Shown here piece after piece: positions 59,034 to 64,000 of a DNA stretch of 64,000 nt. Under the pieces are notes generated by a model. It ran no database searches. It saw only the letters and a list, made by a program, of their open reading frames with translations, and was not told the DNA's origin. The DNA is from a bacterium. GTDB taxonomy: Bacteria > UBA8248. A program made the position numbers and the translations under genes. Numbering within the stretch: position 1 is the stretch's first letter; each line of letters starts with the position of its first letter. The stretch spans positions 288,001 to 352,000 of the forward strand of contig OZ241996.1 of the NCBI GenBank assembly GCA_965204535.1, written 5' to 3'.

Positions 59034-59747
59034 ATGGCGTACAAGAATCACGAAATCATCGATCTCTCGCAAGACATCTACCAGGGCCAGCCGGTGTTCG
59101 TGGGACACCCCGAGACCTGGCGCTGGACGAACATGACGCACGAGGAAAGCGCCGCCAGCGGGCGTTTCCAGAGCGAGATGAGCTACTATTCGGGCATCAT
59201 CCAGTTCTGCGAGCACGGTCCCACGCACGTGGATTCCATCAGCCATCTCGACCCCTCGCCCGACGCCCCCCACATCGACGAGATGAACTTCGATTCCTTC
59301 TACAGCCGGGGCATCGCGATTGATTTCGAGAACGTGGAGGACAACAGCTACATCGACGCGGACGACGTGAAGCGCAGGCTCGATCACTACAATTACGAGA
59401 TAAAGCCGGGCGACACCCTTCTCTATACCTACGGGCACTTCAAGCGCCACCACCCGACGCCGCTGTACACGACGGCCTACGCGGGCTGGACGCGCGAGGC
59501 GGCCGAGTACGTCTACGGCGAGTGCGGGGCCATCAACGTGGGCACCGACGCTCCCAGCATGGACATGGCGACCAGCCCCGGATACCCCTGCCACCTCGTT
59601 TGCCGCGAGCTGGGCCGCACCAATACGGAGAACCTGTGCAACATCGAGTTGGTGGTGGGCAAGGAGTTTCTCTACATCGGGCTTCCGCTCAAGATCACGG
59701 GCGGGTCGGGCTCGCCGATTCGGGCGATCGCCGTGCTGAACGCCTGA
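59034..59747 (+). CDS. Cyclase family (kynurenine formamidase-like) metal-dependent hydrolase
   Basis: IIDLS, EHGPTHVD (HxxTHxD), GTDAPS, ENL and LPLKI.GGSGSPIRA motifs. Confidence 0.88.
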   Translation: MAYKNHEIIDLSQDIYQGQPVFVGHPETWRWTNMTHEESAASGRFQSEMSYYSGIIQFCEHGPTHVDSISHLDPSPDAPHIDEMNFDSFYSRGIAIDFENVEDNSYIDADDVKRRLDHYNYEIKPGDTLLYTYGHFKRHHPTPLYTTAYAGWTREAAEYVYGECGAINVGTDAPSMDMATSPGYPCHLVCRELGRTNTENLCNIELVVGKEFLYIGLPLKITGGSGSPIRAIAVLNA

Positions 59748-59768
59748 TTCGGTTCACGCGAGGCGAAC

Positions 59769-60803
59769 ATGAAAGCCCTGGTGAAACGGGCGAAAGGGCC
59801 CGGCGAGATGGCGCTTCTGGACGTTGCGGAGCCCCGCGTGGGACCCGGGCAGGTGAAGGTGAAAATCGCCCACGCCGGCATCTGCGGCACGGACGTGCAC
59901 ATCGCCTCGGGCGAGTTTTTCCACTACTTCCCGCCCCTGGTGCTGGGGCACGAGTTCTCGGGCGAAGTGGTGGAAACGGGCGCAAGCGTCGAGGGGATTC
60001 CCCTGGGCGCGCGGGTGACGGCCGAACCCACGAAGTCGACATGCCGCGTCTGCCCGCACTGCATATCGGGCCGCTACAACCGCTGCGAGCAGCGAGACAT
60101 CGCGGGCGTGGTGAGCGACGGCGCCTTCACCGACTACGTGGTCACGCGGGCCGAGTCGATCCACCGCCTGCCCGACAGCGTGAGTCTCAAGGCGGCAGCA
60201 CTCTCAGAACCCCTCGCGGTTTGCGTTCACGGGGTGTGCGAGCAATGCAGCGTGCGCGAGGGCGACTTCGTCCTCATCATGGGTCCGGGCGCCATCGGCC
60301 TGGGGTGCGCCCAGGTGGCAATCGCACACGGCGCGCGGGTGATGGTGGCCGGCGCCGGCAAGGACGCGCACAGGCTGGCGCTCGCCCGTTCGCTGGGTGC
60401 TGAGTGGACGGTGAACGTAGAGAAAGAAAACGTCCTGGAGCGCGCTCTGGCGGTCACGAACGGCTGGGGGGTCGATCTGGCGGTCGAGGCGGCGGGTGCT
60501 GCCGGCGCGATGGAGGTTTGCGTCGAGGCGGTGAGAAAGGGAGGAGAAATCCTCCAGGTGGGCCTGCCCGGCGCGCCGGTTCCCGTCGATATGGACCGGC
60601 TGGCGTTCAAGGAGATCCGCCTTATCGGCACGTTCGGGCAGAAGCGCTCCGCCTGGCTGCTGGCGCTTGAGTTGCTGGAGGCGGGCAGGGTCGACGCCGA
60701 AGCGATGGTATCCGACATGCTCCCGCTCGATGACTGGGAGCGGGGCTTCGACATCATGGCGCGCGGGGCCGGGCTGAAGGTGCTCCTGACGCCGAAAGGA
60801 TAG
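59769..60803 (+). CDS. Zn-dependent medium-chain dehydrogenase (threonine/sorbitol dehydrogenase-like)
   Basis: GICGTD, GHEFSG, CxxCxxC...C and GPGAIG motifs. Confidence 0.92.
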   Translation: MKALVKRAKGPGEMALLDVAEPRVGPGQVKVKIAHAGICGTDVHIASGEFFHYFPPLVLGHEFSGEVVETGASVEGIPLGARVTAEPTKSTCRVCPHCISGRYNRCEQRDIAGVVSDGAFTDYVVTRAESIHRLPDSVSLKAAALSEPLAVCVHGVCEQCSVREGDFVLIMGPGAIGLGCAQVAIAHGARVMVAGAGKDAHRLALARSLGAEWTVNVEKENVLERALAVTNGWGVDLAVEAAGAAGAMEVCVEAVRKGGEILQVGLPGAPVPVDMDRLAFKEIRLIGTFGQKRSAWLLALELLEAGRVDAEAMVSDMLPLDDWERGFDIMARGAGLKVLLTPKG

Positions 60804-61166
60804 GGGGTTGTTGAGAAGGTTCTGATTTCGTGATTCGGCGTATGAAACCATCAAGGTAGGAGGGTCCGTAGGGACAGGTCGCGACCTGTCCCTACAAGAG
60901 GCGGTGCGGTTTTGTTCGTCATTCCGGCGAAAGCCGGAATCCATTTTTTGCTTTTGTTTTTTATTTTCTGATTGCTTCCCGCCAATAACGGGGGAGATGA
61001 AAGGCCGGAGCATTGCCATTCTGTTCGAAAATGGATTCCGGCTTTCGCCGGAATGACGGCAATATCGGCATTACAGGGGTTTTTCATCGGCTCCCTCAAA
61101 AGGGGAGTGGACTTCAAAAGCGTGCGCTCAACCAAAATCGCTTTACGGGGCTTTTTCAACAGCCCC
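60804..61166. repeat. Repeat cassette bounded by GGGGTTGTTGAGAA / TTTTCAACAGCCCC, carrying GTAG-REP 60868-60895 and CGTC-REP pair 60917-60943/61032-61058
   Basis: Imperfect terminal inverted repeats; about 61092-61166 is the reverse complement homolog of about 53054-53128. Confidence 0.85.
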
Positions 61167-61268
61167 GATTGACGAGGAACGGAGAACGACTGCGCTTTAC
61201 ACCGGAAAAGGCGAACTCAAGGAAAGATGAGATATATTCGGACGAATCCAGGGTTTTCAATATAGAGG

Positions 61269-61781
61269 ATGGCACACATGAGCATCGACGGAAAAGAATT
61301 CAGAACCGCCCTCGGCAGGTTCGCCACGGGCGTCACGGTCGTCACCGCGAAAACGCTGACCGAAGCCCGGGGCATGACGGCGAACGCGTTTTCCTCCCTC
61401 TCGCTCGACCCGCCGCTCGTCCTGGTGTGTTACGACAACAAGGCGTCGAGCCTGAAGATGGTGCAGGAGGCGAAGAAGTTCGCCATCAATTTCCTGGCCG
61501 AGGAGCAGAAGAACACCTCCGACTGGTTCGCGGGCAAGGGCCGGGACGCGGAGGATCAGTTCGCCGACATTCCGCATGAAATCGGCGAGAACGGCTCGCC
61601 CGTGCTCACGGGGAACGTGGGCGTTCTGGAGTGCGACCTGCACGAGGAGCTTCCGGGCGGAGACCACACCATCGTCGTGGGGCGGGTGACCCGCGTCGTG
61701 CTCGAAGAAGAGGTGCGCGCCCCGCTTCTTTTCTACGGAAGCGCCTACCGGAAGATGGACATGGACGGTTCCTACGACTGA
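61269..61781 (+). CDS. Flavin reductase family protein (HpaC/RutF-like)
   Basis: FRTALGRFATGVTVVT, SLSLDPPLV and GGDHTI motifs. Confidence 0.92.
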   Translation: MAHMSIDGKEFRTALGRFATGVTVVTAKTLTEARGMTANAFSSLSLDPPLVLVCYDNKASSLKMVQEAKKFAINFLAEEQKNTSDWFAGKGRDAEDQFADIPHEIGENGSPVLTGNVGVLECDLHEELPGGDHTIVVGRVTRVVLEEEVRAPLLFYGSAYRKMDMDGSYD

Positions 61782-61817
61782 TCCCCGAAACCGGCTCGAT
61801 TTCCACAAGGAGTTCCC

Positions 61818-62579
61818 TTGGCATCGTATCAAGCGGTTGCGTTCGACCTGTTCGACACGCTCGTCGATTTCGACATCAAGCTGTTCCCGGTGGTGGAGAT
61901 AGACGGCAAGGAGGAGAAGACCACCTCGAAAGCGGCTTATGACGCGCTCTACGAGGGCGGTTTCCTCGTGCCGAATTATCCGGCCTTCCACCAGCTCTGG
62001 CTCCAGAACTCGAAAGAGGTGTGGGGCGAGCGCAACAACGACCCCGAGCTTAAAGAAGTTCGCTCAATCGTCCGATTCCGGCGCTTGATGGAGCTTCTGG
62101 TGGCGATTCCCGCACAAGACAGGGAACGCGCCGCCAAGACGGCCCTGAACGCCCACATGTACGGCATCGAGAATTCCGTCGTGTTCGACACGGACCGGCT
62201 CGACGTGCTGGGGAAAATTAAAGACGCCGGCCTCCCGATAGCGCTCTTGAGCAATTTCGACCATTCGCCCACCGCGCGGCGGATTATCGATAAGATGGGG
62301 GTTACGCCGTATCTCGACTCCATCCTGATCTCGGAGGATGAGGGTTTCAGGAAGCCTGCGTCGTCGCTGTTCCTCAAGGTGGCCGAAGAACTGGGCGTAT
62401 CGCCGGGAGAAGTGCTCTTCGTGGGCGATACGTTCGATGCCGACGTTACGGGGCCGCAGAGCGTGGGCATGCCGTGCGCCTGGCTCAACAGAAAGGGCGC
62501 GCCCGTGCCTGAGGGTTGCGAACCGCCTGATTTCGAGATTCAGAATTTAGAGGATACGCTTTCGATTCTGGGGTTGTAG
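61818..62579 (+). CDS. HAD-family hydrolase
   Basis: FDLFDTL, LSN, RKP and VGDT..AD motifs; TTG start. Confidence 0.88.
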   Translation: MASYQAVAFDLFDTLVDFDIKLFPVVEIDGKEEKTTSKAAYDALYEGGFLVPNYPAFHQLWLQNSKEVWGERNNDPELKEVRSIVRFRRLMELLVAIPAQDRERAAKTALNAHMYGIENSVVFDTDRLDVLGKIKDAGLPIALLSNFDHSPTARRIIDKMGVTPYLDSILISEDEGFRKPASSLFLKVAEELGVSPGEVLFVGDTFDADVTGPQSVGMPCAWLNRKGAPVPEGCEPPDFEIQNLEDTLSILGL

Positions 62580-62868
62580 GGACAGGCCCCTGTGCCTGTC
62601 CTTGGAAGCGCAACCACGGAGATGGACATATTCGATACGGGCGGCCACGGGGGGCCGCCCCTACGGTGAATGCAGTTTGTTCGTCATTCCGGCGCATGCC
62701 GGAATCCAGGCGGACGGACGTGGAAGAAAAACGGAAATGTGGCAAACCGGTTCAGGTGGCAGGATTCTCTCGACTCAGAATTCTCCCATCGGCTCTGGAT
62801 TCCGGCATGCGCCGGAATGACGGCGGTGGTGAATTTCGAGCGAGGAGCGGCTTTTTCAACCGCCCCCT
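62576..62868. repeat. GTAG-REP pair (62576-62601, 62639-62664), CGTC-REP pair (62682-62709, 62795-62822) and TTTTTCAAC end
   Basis: Direct similarity to the other copies in the window. Confidence 0.85.
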
Positions 62869-62897
62869 CCAGGCCCGATAGATAAGAGGATATCCGC

Positions 62898-63620
62898 TTG
62901 TCGGTTCTGGCGCTTCAGCATGTGGACGTGGAAAGGCTCTCGCTGCTCGAAGAGGTGCTCGCGCAGAAGGGGGTTCCCGCGCGCTACCTGGCCCTCCAGG
63001 AGGGCGAGCCTCTCCCGCGCTCTTTGGGTGATCTGGAGGATGTAAGCGCGATTGTCGTCCTGGGCGGGCCGATGGGCGTCTACGAGGCGGAAAAATACCC
63101 CTGGCTGGCGGATGAACTCCGTTTTCTCCGTGAAGCGCTTCACGCGGGATTCCCCGTCTACGGTCTTTGCTTGGGCGCGCAGTTGATGGCGGCGGCGCTG
63201 GGCGCCCGCGTGTATCCGGGGGAGGGGAAAAAAGAAATCGGCTGGTTTCCGGTGGATCTGACGCCGGAGGCGAAAGGGGATCCGCTCCTGAGCGATGAGG
63301 CGGCTTCTTTCCCCGTCTTCCAGTGGCACGGCGATACGTTCGACATTCCCGGTGGCGCGGTGCGTCTCGCGTCTTCGGCGCGGTATCCCAATCAGGCGTT
63401 CCGGTGGGGCGCGCGCGCCTACGCCTTCCAGTTTCACCTCGAAATCGGGATGGAGGACATATCCACCTGGCTGGATGCGTTCGAGGGCGATATGAAATCC
63501 CCGCGCTCGGACGCGGACCCCGAGGCGATATTGGGCGAAGCGCCGTTGCACATGGAGACGTTGAACCGGCGGGCCGCGCGCTGGTTCGGGCGCTGGCTCG
63601 ATCTCTCGGGGCTTGTTTAG
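62898..63620 (+). CDS. Type 1 glutamine amidotransferase-like protein
   Basis: LGGPMGV, GLCLGAQL (Cys nucleophile), QWHGD and QFHLE motifs. Confidence 0.9.
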   Translation: MSVLALQHVDVERLSLLEEVLAQKGVPARYLALQEGEPLPRSLGDLEDVSAIVVLGGPMGVYEAEKYPWLADELRFLREALHAGFPVYGLCLGAQLMAAALGARVYPGEGKKEIGWFPVDLTPEAKGDPLLSDEAASFPVFQWHGDTFDIPGGAVRLASSARYPNQAFRWGARAYAFQFHLEIGMEDISTWLDAFEGDMKSPRSDADPEAILGEAPLHMETLNRRAARWFGRWLDLSGLV

Positions 63621-63640
63621 TCGCCTTGATACCCCTTTGT

Positions 63641-64000
63641 AGGTTGTTGAAAACCCCGGTGTATGTCACCTGCGGCGATGTCTCTCCACCGAGGAGAATT
63701 TCAAATCAACTCCCCCCTTGAGGGGGAGTCGAAGAACTGAGGGCGTAAGCCCGACAGCGATTCGGTGGGGGGATAATTCGGAATGGCGATAAAACGCATT
63801 TTACCCCCCACCACATCGGCCTTCGCACAAACCGCTCGGCCTCTGTCGGGCTTTCCCCTCGGGAAGCCCGACCCCCTCAAGGGGGGAGTGGTTCCTTCTC
63901 TCTCGTCAGTTGCCTAAATTCCCAAAATCACGAAATCGGGACTTTTTCAACAACCCCCTCAAGGGGGGAGTGATTTATTTCCTTTCGGACTTTTTCAACA
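63641..64000. repeat. Composite cassette with MITE-like copy 3 (63706-63890) inside GGTTGTTGAAAA/TTTTTCAACAACC ends; further ends run to the window edge
   Basis: Close homolog of 53110-53296. Confidence 0.85.

Noticed and set aside
52978-64000. CRISPR array or integron attC sites suggested by GTTGAAA/TTTCAAC motifs
   Set aside because: No regularly spaced direct repeats, no cas or intI gene, and the orientation is opposite to attC (RYYYAAC...GTTRRRY)

Overview
GC-rich bacterial chromosomal window. The lineage cannot be fixed from sequence alone; gene order and an RpoB N-terminal insertion suggest a Nitrospinota/Tectomicrobia-like or related lineage (inference). 0.2-7 kb: housekeeping and metabolic genes, including an OsmC-like gene with an in-frame TGA at the catalytic Cys position followed by a SECIS-like hairpin (probable selenoprotein), and dcd preceded by DnaA boxes, tandem NrdR-like boxes and a structured leader. 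7-46 kb: an unbroken information-processing supercluster (PIN/TRAM-ispD-ispF-cysS-rlmB, five tRNAs, tuf-secE-nusG-rplKAJL-rpoBC, str, S10, spc and alpha operons, with two tuf copies). 46-64 kb: accessory metabolism, including a GntR-linked operon pairing a Na+-translocating biotin-dependent acyl-CoA decarboxylase with a family III CoA-transferase, HMG-CoA-lyase-like and enolase-superfamily genes, hpt, an Fe-ADH and others. Most large intergenic gaps after 52.9 kb, and the first 190 bp of the window, are filled with modular palindromic repeats: GTAG- and CGTC-type REPs, a ~180-bp MITE-like element showing covariation, and GTTGAAAAA/TTTTTCAAC ends. No transposase, CRISPR array or rRNA is seen. 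Best leads: the decarboxylase/CoA-transferase cycle, the Sec-OsmC protein, the dcd control region and the nested repeat cassettes.
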